From contig NZ_CP147990.1 in NCBI RefSeq assembly GCF_037902255.1, positions 1,110,001 to 1,142,000 on the forward strand: a stretch of DNA of 32,000 nt, read 5' to 3'. The notes beneath the pieces are model-generated. The model did not search any database and was not told where the DNA came from. It saw only the letters and a list, made by a program, of their open reading frames with translations. Every line of letters begins with the position of its first letter. Position 1 is the first letter of the stretch. This document shows positions 1 through 9,248 of this stretch, piece by piece. This DNA comes from Candidatus Electrothrix sp. GW3-4. GTDB taxonomy: Bacteria; Desulfobacterota; Desulfobulbia; Desulfobulbales; Desulfobulbaceae. The position numbers were made by a program, and so were the translations under genes.

Positions 1-87
1 TACTGTTTTTTTGAGGAATGCATTGTATACGCTATCAGGTCGTAGGGTTGGCGAATATCTTATGAATACCTACCAAGGGAGCTTTTT

Positions 88-975
88 ATGGATCCACAAC
101 AGATTGCCTATCTCGGGCTCGGCATGATGGGCCGGGAAATGGCCCTTAACCTTGCAGAAGATGGCGTACTGGTCGTTGTTTGGAATAGAACCCCAGCAAA
201 GGCCGAAGCCCTTGTCTGTGAAAATATCCGTGCTGTTGCCTCGCCCCAGGAGGCGGTCACCTCAGGTGGAATTGCTCTTTCCTGTCTTGCCAACGATGAG
301 GCGGTGGAGGCGGTTTGTAGTGATGATTTTCTCCAGGCCTTAGGCCCAGGCGGTGTACATATCTCCATGTCGACCATCTCGCCAACAACAGCAGAAAAGT
401 TGAGCAGGCGTCATGCAGGATACGGGGTGGATTATGTTGCTGCTCCTGTCCTGGGGCGCCCTGATTTTGTTAAGGCCCGTAGCCAGCGTTTTCTCCTCTC
501 TGGTCCTCCTGCCAGCTGTGAGCGTGCGCAACCAATCCTGGAATCCTTGGGCTCCCAGGTCTTTCCGCTTGGCGAAGAGCCGCGTGCCGCTCATGCGGCT
601 AAACTTGCCTTTAATTACACCATTGCTACCTCCATTACCCTGATGAGCGAGGCCTTTGCCCTGGCAGAAAAAAGCGGGGTTGATCGCAAGGTCATGCATA
701 GTCTCATGGTGGATACGGTCTATAATTGCCCACTGTTTCAGGGCTATGGGCAGCAGATTGTTGACGATAATGTTGATGATCCGCTTTTTAAGCTCTCTCT
801 CGGGTACAAGGATATGTCTCTTGTTGCTGATCTGGCTCGGGAGTCCCTTGTTCCTATGCCTGTTGGTCTTGCCGTTTATGAAACCTATCAACGGGCAATG
901 GCTGCTGGTATGCAAGGTCTTGACTGGAGCGGAGTCAACCGGATTGTCCGTCAGGGAGCAGGGGAGAAAGAGTAG
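88..975 (+). CDS. NAD(P)-dependent oxidoreductase, 3-hydroxyisobutyrate/6-phosphogluconate dehydrogenase-like (HIBADH/MmsB) family
   Basis: 295-aa ORF. N-terminal Rossmann motif IAYLGLGMMGREMALNL. SD-like AAGGGAG lies 6 nt upstream of the ATG. Family-level call from motif recall. Confidence 0.8.
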   Translation: MDPQQIAYLGLGMMGREMALNLAEDGVLVVVWNRTPAKAEALVCENIRAVASPQEAVTSGGIALSCLANDEAVEAVCSDDFLQALGPGGVHISMSTISPTTAEKLSRRHAGYGVDYVAAPVLGRPDFVKARSQRFLLSGPPASCERAQPILESLGSQVFPLGEEPRAAHAAKLAFNYTIATSITLMSEAFALAEKSGVDRKVMHSLMVDTVYNCPLFQGYGQQIVDDNVDDPLFKLSLGYKDMSLVADLARESLVPMPVGLAVYETYQRAMAAGMQGLDWSGVNRIVRQGAGEKE

Positions 976-996
976 GTTTTCTTTGCTCGCTTGATA

Positions 997-1839
997 TCAA
1001 CGGAGCGAAATAGTCACGCCCAGATCAGCAGGTTTTGCATGAAAGACTGAACTGAGAACAATACCGTCCACCCCGGTGCGGGCGTAGTCCTGGACATTCT
1101 CTGGCCCAACGCCGCCTGCACTGAGGACCACCAGGTTCGGGAAGCTGGCCTTGAGCTCAGGGCACCAGGTACTGAGATCCTGCGGGGAGACCTTGTCGAA
1201 CTGCACAGCATCTGTTCCGGCCTCTGCCGCTTGTACGGCCTGATCCAGGTCATCGCACTCCACAGTGATTTTCTGCTCACAGGCCGCTGCCTTCATATCG
1301 GCAAGCAAAGCAGGTAAGGCAGCCCGCCCGCCGAGCAGATTGAGATGATTTGCAAAGATCAGGATCGTCTCAGATAAACCCAGCCGATGCGGGACAGCTC
1401 CACCCGCCAGGATGGCCTTGATCAGCGGCTTCTTTAATCCTGGTTGATGCTTGCGGGTGACCAGCAGAGGAATGTCGCTGTATTCTCTAACCTTGTTGAC
1501 CATCTCAGCGGTGTGGGTGGCCACCCCGCACATATATTCCAGCAGGTTCATGGCTACCTTCCAGCCCCGATGCAGGGCCCCGGCTGGTCCTTCTGCGCTG
1601 AGGAGGACACTCTGGGCCGGGACATCCTCACCTGAGGGACAAATATTGCGCACGCAGCAGCCGAGAATCTCAAAGATGCGTCCGGCTTCTTCTGTCAGGG
1701 CCACCCTGGTTGGGTGTCGGGTTGCGATCTGGAGAATACCGGGCTGGTTATTCAGCCCCAGTAGGTGGCTGGTTAGATCAACCAGAGGAGCATCTTCATT
1801 AATCCACTGTTCAATTTCTTCAGTTGTAAAAAAGATCAT
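997..1839 (-). CDS. modD: ModD-type protein (quinolinate/nicotinate-nucleotide phosphoribosyltransferase fold)
   Basis: 280-aa ORF. Motifs VDLTS, TRKHQPGLK and HRLGLSETILIF resemble the NadC/ModD family. Its ATG overlaps the stop of the upstream porin gene (TAATG on the minus strand). Context is Mo/nitrogenase-cofactor genes. Confidence 0.65.
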   Translation of the reverse strand: MIFFTTEEIEQWINEDAPLVDLTSHLLGLNNQPGILQIATRHPTRVALTEEAGRIFEILGCCVRNICPSGEDVPAQSVLLSAEGPAGALHRGWKVAMNLLEYMCGVATHTAEMVNKVREYSDIPLLVTRKHQPGLKKPLIKAILAGGAVPHRLGLSETILIFANHLNLLGGRAALPALLADMKAAACEQKITVECDDLDQAVQAAEAGTDAVQFDKVSPQDLSTWCPELKASFPNLVVLSAGGVGPENVQDYARTGVDGIVLSSVFHAKPADLGVTISLR

Positions 1840-3212
1840 TATATTCTTTTGGTAAAATTATATGTTAGCTGAAAAAGGGCAGCATAGGCCGTGTCATCAG
1901 TCAGGAAATCCTGCTCCCTGTTTACTGCTTCCGCAATGGCATCGCCAGGGAAAAAGACAGATGCCCCGGCCCTGAGCTTCCAGCAGGGATTGATCTTCCA
2001 TTTTGCGACCAGGTCGATTTCATTCCCGTAATAATCACTGGCTGCATCCAGGCCTGTTGTATACGAGCGCCACTTGTCCGTTATTTCATCGGCATAAAAC
2101 TGATGATATTCGAGCTGGATTTCAATGCCCTTCTTGGGTCGGTAATTTGCCACTGCCCCGTAATCCAGCAAATTGGACCATTTCATCAGGTTAATGAGGC
2201 CATAAAATTTATCTGAGGCACCATAGACTGTATCAAAACGTTCGTTGTCCTGAGTGGACTTGTCGTCTCCTGTGGCATAGCTAAAGGTGCTACCCAGTGC
2301 CCATTGCGGATTGAAGCGGTACTGCAGATCCAGGTTATACCCATAGGCGTCGGAGTCTGCGTCCTCTCCGCTGATTGCCGTAATTTCACCACTCTGCTGG
2401 ACAAAGGTGGTATCGGCTGTAAATTTGTTGAGTTTCAGGAACAGGCGTGCGCCGTAATAGTACAGGTCCTTTTCCTGATAATCATTGCTGCTGTCGTTGT
2501 TTTTGCTGGCAAGCAGAGGTTCGATGGCAAAAAAATCTGTTGCCTGCACATGTCCGTACACAGCCCCTCCTGTATACCCATGTCGATGCTCAAGGCTGAA
2601 GACGTCTGGATCATGGAGCATTGATTTTCCATAAAAGGCATCAATCCAGTGCGCTCCTGCCTTGTATCCCACCTTCACCGCGTCCCAGACCCATTTTCCT
2701 GAGTTTTTCCAGTTGCTGGCAGCAAAGACCCTGCTGTTACCATAACCAATGAATTGGTGTCCCGCCCGGGCAGTGAAGTCGTCAGCTGTATACTGGAGCC
2801 AGCTCTCGCCCAGCTCCAGGGGGTCATTCTGCGGATTATTGACGATCCCGCCGAATTCACTGTTCTTCCAATCCTCATCATCGAAGCCCCAGCCCAGGGC
2901 CCGGCTATCCTGAAGGCTGATCTTTCCTGAAAGCTGCTCGGTGAACTGGTGGCTCAGACCCAGGCGGATTCTACTGAGGAGGTAGGTATCCGAGGCGTTG
3001 CCGATCTTTGGCTCGCTTCCGTAAAACTTATCGTTAAAATTTTCCTGATGTTCGAGCCGTTCTCGGACTGCAAAAAAGAAGTTTGTCTTCTGTTGTGTCT
3101 CCTCATCAGCTGCCTGGGCTGCGCCGAAACCAAGGCAAACGAACAGAAGGGCATAACCGTGTGCTTGGAGAGGATTTTTTTTCTTTGCTTGATGTTGCTG
3201 AGGTGCTCGCAT
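1839..3212 (-). CDS. Outer-membrane beta-barrel porin, alginate-export (AlgE-like) family, with signal peptide
   Basis: 457-aa ORF. N-terminal signal peptide ends in AQA-ADE. Alternating aromatic/polar beta-strand pattern with many Y/F/W-G pairs. Stop overlaps the modD start by 1 nt. Confidence 0.6.
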   Translation of the reverse strand: MRAPQQHQAKKKNPLQAHGYALLFVCLGFGAAQAADEETQQKTNFFFAVRERLEHQENFNDKFYGSEPKIGNASDTYLLSRIRLGLSHQFTEQLSGKISLQDSRALGWGFDDEDWKNSEFGGIVNNPQNDPLELGESWLQYTADDFTARAGHQFIGYGNSRVFAASNWKNSGKWVWDAVKVGYKAGAHWIDAFYGKSMLHDPDVFSLEHRHGYTGGAVYGHVQATDFFAIEPLLASKNNDSSNDYQEKDLYYYGARLFLKLNKFTADTTFVQQSGEITAISGEDADSDAYGYNLDLQYRFNPQWALGSTFSYATGDDKSTQDNERFDTVYGASDKFYGLINLMKWSNLLDYGAVANYRPKKGIEIQLEYHQFYADEITDKWRSYTTGLDAASDYYGNEIDLVAKWKINPCWKLRAGASVFFPGDAIAEAVNREQDFLTDDTAYAALFQLTYNFTKRI

Positions 3213-3513
3213 TATTTTTTAACCTCTTTGATTAGGTTGTGCTTTCGCTATGAAGTATAAGATATAGCGAAAGGGGTAAAAATGCCTTCCATGAAGGAAT
3301 GCGTTTCTTCTTTGACTGCTGCCTCTCGGGCTTTTCCATAACCAGGACAAGCGGCCATTGGGGACGGCCAGGGGGTACTTGGATTGGTGAGAGGGAGAAA
3401 GTCTTTGCGTTATGAAAAAAAAACATAACGGGTAGCGTGAAAAAAAGCTTTCCGCAAGGAAAACTTGAAGGACCGTAAGGATAATACCTGGATTGTCCTT
3501 GCTGTCCTTGTGA

Positions 3514-3537
3514 CCCGGCAGTCCTCTTGCTGCCGGG
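3514..3537 (-). terminator. GC-rich stem-loop about 25 nt downstream of nifB (no clear U tract)
   Basis: CCCGGCAG-N8-CTGCCGGG, a perfect 8-bp stem. The lack of a T-run keeps confidence low. Confidence 0.3.
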
Positions 3538-3561
3538 CAGAATCCTGGGATGGGTGCAGGA

Positions 3562-4839
3562 TCAGCCGCAGCCGGTCCCGGTGCCCAGGCATTCACCTTT
3601 GGAGGAACATTTGCGCATCCGACCCTGCAAGGAAGAGAGTCCTTTGCCGGTGTAGACCGCCTCAAGTCCTTTTTCAATAAAGCCGGACATGGTGATCGGT
3701 TTCAAGCCGCGTTTGTTCAGCGCCTCCTTGGGCCCATCACCCAAGTCACTCACCAGGATTGCCTGACAATCACTCAGGATTCTGCTGATATTGAGCCAGC
3801 GCTGGGACCCGCCACCTGCCGAGGGAGCTTGGCGCTCTTCAATGAGTTTGTAGCCGCCTCCTTCTTCATTCTTGCCCCAGATCTGGAAACGGGTGGCCTC
3901 GCCCAAATGCTGATTAACCAGCACACCTTCCTGGGTGGTAACGGCGACATAGGGGCGTACTACTTCTGCATGCTTGGGCAGGCTGGCACAGGCGCTCAGG
4001 CAACCCCGCATCTCGTCGGTTCTGTCGTTATCGAGCAGGCCCACAGCGTCGGCACGACAGCGGGTGCAATGGCGCATCTGCGGCAGGTGTTTCTCTGCCT
4101 CGTTGCGGGTCTCCTTCATAACCTCTTTGGAGGGCTCTGGGACGTTTTCAAAGACCGTGTCTGCATTGGGCAGCATAGCCATGCAGTTAAACAGGTCTGC
4201 GCCCAGTCCCTTCATTGCCTTGGCAATATCGATAATATGATGATCATTGACACCTGGGATCAGAATACTGTTGATCTTTACCGTGATATCGTGCTGCTTG
4301 AGTTTCTCAATGGCGTTGAGCTGGCGAGCCAAGAGCAGTTCTGCGCCTTGACGTCCTCTGTACAGGACCTTGCCGTCCCGTACCCAGGAATAGACATTTT
4401 CTGTTACTGCCGGATCAACCCCGTTCACGGTAACAGTCACATGGGATACACCGATCTCGGCCAGTTCTTCCACATGAGGAGCCAGGTTCATACCATTAGA
4501 AGCCAGGCAGAGAATGGTATCAGGAAAGTTGTTGCGGATCAGACGCATGGTCTCCAGGGTTTCCTCGGCATTAGCAAAAGGGTCACCAGGGCCAGCAATG
4601 CCAGCGACAGAAATACGTGGTTCCTTTTCCAGGACCTTGCCCATATACTCAAGGGCCTGTTCCGGGGTCAGGATGGTGCTGGTTACACCAGGACGTGATT
4701 CATTGACGCAGTCGAACTTGCGGTTACAAAAGTTACACTGAATATTACATTTCGGAGCAACCGGAAGGTGAACCCTGCCGTACTGTCCCTTGACCTTGGC
4801 GTTAAAACATGGATGACGGTTAAAGTCTTTGGTATTCAT
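3562..4839 (-). CDS. nifB: Nitrogenase cofactor biosynthesis radical-SAM protein NifB with C-terminal NifX-like domain and Cys-rich tail
   Basis: Radical SAM motif CNIQCNFCNRKFDC. The NifX-like segment is YVAVTTQEGVLVNQHLGEATRF. Start moved from 4950 to the ATG at 4839 (MNTKDFNRHPCF) because AAGGAG lies 6 nt upstream and the sigma54 promoter lies inside the longer ORF. Confidence 0.9.
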   Translation of the reverse strand: MNTKDFNRHPCFNAKVKGQYGRVHLPVAPKCNIQCNFCNRKFDCVNESRPGVTSTILTPEQALEYMGKVLEKEPRISVAGIAGPGDPFANAEETLETMRLIRNNFPDTILCLASNGMNLAPHVEELAEIGVSHVTVTVNGVDPAVTENVYSWVRDGKVLYRGRQGAELLLARQLNAIEKLKQHDITVKINSILIPGVNDHHIIDIAKAMKGLGADLFNCMAMLPNADTVFENVPEPSKEVMKETRNEAEKHLPQMRHCTRCRADAVGLLDNDRTDEMRGCLSACASLPKHAEVVRPYVAVTTQEGVLVNQHLGEATRFQIWGKNEEGGGYKLIEERQAPSAGGGSQRWLNISRILSDCQAILVSDLGDGPKEALNKRGLKPITMSGFIEKGLEAVYTGKGLSSLQGRMRKCSSKGECLGTGTGCG

Positions 4840-4950
4840 GTATTGCTCCTTATGCAAAATATGAGCTCTCGGGAAGTATTCCCTGGGCCCGAAATTATAT
4901 GTATTCGTTTTGCTTGTTACTTTATGTAACAGTCTGCATATCTGTAACAA

Positions 4951-4966
4951 AGCAATAAGTATGCCA
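4951..4966 (-). promoter_or_regulatory. sigma54 (-24/-12) promoter of nifB
   Basis: Minus strand reads TGGCAT-ACTTA-TTGCT. GG and GC are spaced exactly as in the TGGCAC-N5-TTGCW consensus. It lies about 110 nt upstream of the nifB ATG. Confidence 0.7.
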
Positions 4967-5050
4967 AAATGTATTATTAATTTTTGTTGTTTTATATCTG
5001 ATGGTTACCTGTTGAGTGAAAAGAGAGGAGGAGGAAGGGAAAAGTAACCC

Positions 5051-5066
5051 TGTCGTGTTGTTGACA
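5051..5066. promoter_or_regulatory. NifA-type upstream activator site (TGT-N10-ACA)
   Basis: TGTCGTGTTGTTGACA, centred about 118 nt upstream of the predicted nifB transcription start. The second nif-like promoter has the same geometry. Confidence 0.5.
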
Positions 5067-5381
5067 AATGTGAATATTATGTTCTTTTTTGTTGTACTGG
5101 TTGGTTTTGTCGAGGGCTGTGTCGTATCAGGGGGAGGGAGCGAGGGAGGCAAGGAGGCATTTGAGACGCTGCCCGGAGTTGATGTCAGGAAAATATGGGT
5201 CATGCACTTATCGCTTGAATCCCGGAGTATCTCTTCTGAGATGGGGCAAGGCCTTGTTGGTCTGCAAATGAGAACCGGGTAAAGAAGAAAGAAGAGATTT
5301 GAGGGGGTGGGGAAGAGGAGGGAGTTTAAAGAAGCAGAAGACGGCGGAGAGAATGGCCAGCCGCCCCCAGCTCTGTGCAAA

Positions 5382-5466
5382 TTTATATGAAAGTACCGAC
5401 GACTTCTTGGAGTCGTCCGAGCAACTTTCATGTTTTGTTGTCCCTCCCCAGAGGGGGAGGGATGGG
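5382..5466 (-). repeat. Two-hairpin repeat element, copy A (immediately 3' of the NifN/K-like gene)
   Basis: Minus strand reads cccat-CCCTCCCC-ctct-GGGGAGGG-acaacaaaacatgaaag..cggacgactccaagaagtcgtcgg-tactttcatataaa. Homologous to 26061-26143. Confidence 0.6.
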
Positions 5467-5468
5467 CG

Positions 5469-6830
5469 TTACATGTAGGAGTATCCTACCTCGGAGTCGG
5501 CCTGCTTTTTGGCGATAAGGGCATTGGCGACTTGATCGAAGAGCTGCTGCGCACCGCTATAACTGATATGGTTAACACGCTGCCCTCCCACCCGGTCATG
5601 AATTGGGAAACCTACCCGGATTAAGGGGATATTTAACTTTCGGGCAAGGGGATAGCCCTTGGAGTGACCTACCAGCAGGTCAGGGGCCAGCTCTTCAGCC
5701 ATTTCTGCGATATCAAAGAAGTCCACTCCTTCATGGATTGCTGGTTGCTCAGAGAGAATATCACCGGTAATGTCAGTAATTGCCTTGCCAAGTCTGCCTG
5801 AGGTGCCGCCAGTTGCACAGAGAATGGGGAATATGCCGATTTCTGCTAAAAAGGCAGTCAGGCCAACCACCAGATCTTCCTCGCCATAGATAATTGCTCT
5901 CTTGCCAAAGACATATTTATGACCATCCACATAGGCATCAACCAGACGGCCCCGTTCCTTGGCGTATTTCTCCGGCACCGGGCGACCGCTGAGGGCGGAA
6001 AGGAGGGCAAAGAACCGGTCCGTCTCTTCAATGCCAATAGGCATGCCCAGGCGATGGTGGGGGACGTTAAATTTTTCATGCAGGGTGAGGCTACTGCTCT
6101 CTGTGCTACTCAAGGTGCGGCCAAATTCAATAGTCGCTTGACTGCACCCCATGCGCTCAATTGTTGCAAGTGGCGTTCCTCCCTCGGCTACTTTCTCGTA
6201 CTCCAGCAGGGCCGGCCGGTCCATGGTTTCAGAAAGATCCGGCAGCATGGTATAATCGAGCCCGAAATCCGTCATGATCTCCTTGAGGAGTCGGTAATCT
6301 GCTGAGGAGACAAAGCCGGGCAGGAGGTTTACGGTCTCGGTCTTGGGTCCGCCCTTAGCCCGCTGACGGACCACGGCGTGGATAGCCCCGTGAAAGCCCT
6401 CCATGTGGGTGCCGGAATAACTGGGGGTGGAGACATCAACGAATTCCGGCAGCCCTTCAGAGCCTTCCGTGTCTTTTTTGTATTCCTTAAGATACATCGG
6501 CACGTCATCGCCAATGGTTTCAGTCAGGCAGGTGGTGGCGATGCCAATCATTTTGGGTCGATATTTTTCTGCCACATTGGTCAGGCCCATCTTGAGGTTG
6601 GGGCCACCACCGTAAATGGCGTTTTTCTCCGATAAGGAGGACGAGGCGATATCAATGGGTTCATTATAATGACTGATGATGTAGCGGCGCATATAGGTGG
6701 CGCAGCCCTGCGAACCGTGCAGGTAGGGGACAGTGCCCTCAATGCCCTTAAAGGCCAGACAGGCGCCCAGCGGTTTGCAGAGTTTGCAGGCGTTGGTGGT
6801 GGAGATATAGTCAGGATGATTCTTGCTCAT
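5469..6830 (-). CDS. Nitrogenase component-1-type oxidoreductase, NifN/NifK-like (beta-type) subunit
   Basis: 453-aa ORF. N-terminal NACKLCKPLGACLAFKGIEGTVPYLHGSQGCATYMRR matches the NifK/NifN signature. AAGGAG lies 10 nt upstream of the ATG. Confidence 0.8.
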   Translation of the reverse strand: MSKNHPDYISTTNACKLCKPLGACLAFKGIEGTVPYLHGSQGCATYMRRYIISHYNEPIDIASSSLSEKNAIYGGGPNLKMGLTNVAEKYRPKMIGIATTCLTETIGDDVPMYLKEYKKDTEGSEGLPEFVDVSTPSYSGTHMEGFHGAIHAVVRQRAKGGPKTETVNLLPGFVSSADYRLLKEIMTDFGLDYTMLPDLSETMDRPALLEYEKVAEGGTPLATIERMGCSQATIEFGRTLSSTESSSLTLHEKFNVPHHRLGMPIGIEETDRFFALLSALSGRPVPEKYAKERGRLVDAYVDGHKYVFGKRAIIYGEEDLVVGLTAFLAEIGIFPILCATGGTSGRLGKAITDITGDILSEQPAIHEGVDFFDIAEMAEELAPDLLVGHSKGYPLARKLNIPLIRVGFPIHDRVGGQRVNHISYSGAQQLFDQVANALIAKKQADSEVGYSYM

Positions 6831-6872
6831 GGCTTGCTGCTCCTTGTGAATGAGGTTGATATAGGAAGATAT

Positions 6873-6888
6873 AGCAAAAAATGGGCCA
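6873..6888 (-). promoter_or_regulatory. sigma54 (-24/-12) promoter of the NifN/K-like gene
   Basis: Minus strand reads TGGCCC-ATTTT-TTGCT with canonical GG-N10-GC spacing, 43-58 nt upstream of the ATG at 6830. Confidence 0.65.
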
Positions 6889-6967
6889 TGTGTATCTTTG
6901 GGTCTTCTTTTTCGTGCGCTGTCTTGGTTTGGCAGGGATGAGACACGGCAGAATGATGGAACGGACT

Positions 6968-6983
6968 TGTGAGTTTGCCGACA
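6968..6983. promoter_or_regulatory. NifA-type upstream activator site (TGT-N10-ACA)
   Basis: TGTGAGTTTGCCGACA, centred about 113 nt upstream of the predicted start. Confidence 0.5.
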
Positions 6984-7151
6984 AATATGAATCTTTCGTA
7001 CGTTTTTGTTGTTAATGTTGCATGATTGGCGCTCGGTATTTGATGCTGCAAATGAGGCGTTTTAAATTGCAAATGGCGGGATTGACGTTTAAGATGACGC
7101 TTTTGAAGCGTGAAACGCGGCATTTTAATGTTTGCAACGCAGTGCTTGTGA

Positions 7152-7247
7152 GATTGTAGGAGGGCGGAAGATAATCCTGAGTTGTTGGATGAGGAGAGGA
7201 GGGGGAAGCTGGAGGAGTTAAAGGGAAAGTTTAAGATGAGATACTAA
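7152..7247 (+). pseudogene. Remnant of the C-terminal segment of the island membrane-protein family (S-segment copy 0)
   Basis: Translates to DCRRAEDNPELLDEERRGKLEELKGKFKMRY*. This is homologous to ICKRAKEYPELLDAQTKRKLEELRERF* at the 3' end of the 8677-16748 gene. An in-frame TGA lies immediately upstream. Confidence 0.5.
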
Positions 7248-7296
7248 GGGGGTGTCCGCGTGTCCGCCACTCTTTATCAACTCAACGTTTTTTGCA

Positions 7297-8130
7297 ATGA
7301 TGAAAAGTTTTTTGGAACGCTACCTAGAAAAGTCAATACACCAAAGAGCAACAAAGATCATGGAGAGCAGCGGTGAACGGGCTTTCTTTGATGACCCTGT
7401 AGCCCGGCAGACGAAATGGACTCTTGTTCAACAACGCGGATCGTATATTCTGAGGCATAAACTGGTCAGTATTGATCATGGCCGTATGGAGTTTCGTCTT
7501 GCAATACTGTCTCTGTTTGCCTGCATTGCTTTGATCCTGTTTGGATTAGCTTTTGTTGGATACTCCTTTTCCGAAGGGCAGTTTAACTACAAGTTCATTC
7601 CTCAAACACTTATTGGTCTTGCTGCGTTGGGTGGAGGGGTTTGGATGCTGTACTCTGGAACCTCACCACGGGTTTTTGACAAACGCAAGGGAGCCTTTTG
7701 GAAGGGAAGAAAGGCACCGGATGCAACGACCCGTAGGAATGAAAACCCAAAGTATGTGCGACTGGAAAACATTTATGCGCTTCAGCTTATCTCCAAGGTG
7801 TCTAAAACGTCAACGCATGAAGGACGCCACTCCGTTATTACACGTTATGAGATCAATCTGATCCTCAAAGACAGCTCTCGTGTTCATGTGGTCCATCATG
7901 GTAATAAGAAAAGAATCCGGCAGGATGCTGCTGGGTTGGCAGAGTTCCTTGATAAGCCGCTTTGGGATGCCTCTGGGTTAAATATGCTCAAAGGAATTGG
8001 TAAGGACTTCATTTCAAAATGGTCTGAGATTATGGGGGAATATCCCTCTGGAGGCTCTGAAGGGGTGGATATGAAGCGTGTCGTGGGGGAAGTGGAAGAT
8101 AAGATTGAGAGCGAGCGTTCCCGGCGTTAA
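7297..8130 (+). CDS. Hypothetical two-TM membrane protein (island paralog A)
   Basis: Start chosen at ATG 7297 by alignment with paralog B (the ORF track starts at GTG 7252). Shared motifs are FFDDPxAxxTxW, RMEFR, two hydrophobic helices, VFDKRKGxFWK, IYALQLI, YEIxLILKD and LAEFLxKPLWDAS. Confidence 0.7.
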   Translation: MMKSFLERYLEKSIHQRATKIMESSGERAFFDDPVARQTKWTLVQQRGSYILRHKLVSIDHGRMEFRLAILSLFACIALILFGLAFVGYSFSEGQFNYKFIPQTLIGLAALGGGVWMLYSGTSPRVFDKRKGAFWKGRKAPDATTRRNENPKYVRLENIYALQLISKVSKTSTHEGRHSVITRYEINLILKDSSRVHVVHHGNKKRIRQDAAGLAEFLDKPLWDASGLNMLKGIGKDFISKWSEIMGEYPSGGSEGVDMKRVVGEVEDKIESERSRR

Positions 8131-8330
8131 ATCAGCTTAACTCTACGTCTCCACAGCCTTTGGAAAAGATTTCGGTAATGGGCAGGGAGAGGGCCGCCGT
8201 GTTCTTTCTCGTGCGCCCTGCTTTTAAAGAATCGAACGGTCCAAACAAAGTATCGGGCTGTCGCTTTTGAGTATCGGGCAGTCCTTATTAAGGAGCAAGA
8301 CCTGCGAGTAAAGAGTTGCCTGGTGCAAGG

Positions 8331-8444
8331 AAAGAAAGGAGCAGTCCTTTTTTAAAACCTCCCGCTCCTCTTTTAAAAAGTAGTTGTTGTCCTTTTTTAT
8401 CTCGCAGCTCTCCTTTCTTTAAAAGGAGTCATCCTCTTTTTCTT
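8331..8444 (+). repeat. Degenerate 21-24-bp repeat array (module M1)
   Basis: About 5 units of the form aaaaGgaG-N-CCTCTTTT. It is preceded by cctggtgcaaggaaaga, as the 28157 array is preceded by cctggtcaaggaaaga. Confidence 0.6.
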
Positions 8445-9248
8445 TGTGTCTTTTGTTTTTTAGAATGGAAGGGCACTAAGAGAAAAAGGAGCGGGTGTTT
8501 TTTTAGTACTGATCACCTTGTTTAACGCTGCAGGAGTTCTGTAAGCGAGCCAAGGAATAGGGAAGAAAGTTGGAGGAGTTGAGGGAGGAGAGCGTTCAGT
8601 TTTGCGAAGATAAAAAATGCTTAAATTGTTAAAATGTTAACTAGGTGCCACCGGAACCTCGCATAAACACTAAAAAATGACAAATAATATCAAACAGTAT
8701 CTCACAGGAAAGTTCCTGAATGTCATGCTTGACCAGATGGCTGATGGTAGGCACCCGTCTGTGTTTGATGATCCAATGGCTGAGAAGACCGAGTGGACCC
8801 CCCTGTGCAAAAGCCGTGCGAATTTCTGTACTCATAAATTGGTGACTGTCCATCGGAACAGGATGGAATTCCGTGTTTCGTCAGGAATGTTCCTTTGTTC
8901 GCTCCTCTTTGTTCTGATCGGGGTCGGTGCAACTGTTTTTGCCTTTTTTCCGTTGCTCTTTCTGTGGATCGTTCTGTGGGGCGATGGTGCTGACGGTTTG
9001 GGTCTTCTTGTTCTTTTGGCCCACGAATTTCCTGCTCCTTTTGTTTTGTTTGGGCTTGTATTCCTGGGAGCAGGCAGTGCCATGCTGTATTTCAGTACTA
9101 AACCAGTAGTTTTTGATAAACGGAAAGGCTTTTTCTGGAAGAGAAAGAAAGCACCTTATGACCCACATTCCGCACGTTGACACATAAAAAAATATTTTAT
9201 AACCTGCTGCCTCAAAAAGACATTTAATAAATCAACCAGGCAGCAGGT

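Noticed and set aside
3213-3420. Moco riboswitch upstream of porin-modD
   Set aside because: I could not match the order of the conserved Moco-motif elements from memory. It is left as a testable leader-structure finding, not a call.
3219-3677. 152-aa minus-strand ORF spanning the nifB stop and the porin leader
   Set aside because: It overlaps the nifB 3' end and structured intergenic sequence, and has no recognisable motif or RBS.
3550-4698. 382-aa + strand ORF
   Set aside because: It is entirely antisense to the strongly supported nifB gene. It has no SD, and its composition is typical of a shadow ORF in GC-rich coding sequence.
4840-4950. Longer nifB start at 4950
   Set aside because: The extension has no similarity to NifB N termini and would contain the sigma54 promoter region. 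ATG 4839 has a well-placed AAGGAG.
4922-5431. 169-aa minus-strand ORF between the nif-like genes
   Set aside because: It is a low-complexity P/S/T-rich translation of a pyrimidine-rich spacer. The same spacer holds the activator site, the sigma54 promoter and the hairpin repeat, and there is no RBS.
7252-7296. GTG 7252 as the start of paralog A
   Set aside because: The 15 extra residues have no counterpart in paralog B, and the AAGGGGG motif abuts the GTG with no spacing. ATG 7297 aligns with the paralog B start.
8505-8545. Eukaryote-like intron 3' end (tactgatcac..pyrimidines..gcag|G) before the S-segment
   Set aside because: The context is bacterial throughout. The resemblance is short and is best explained by chance within a conserved repeat.
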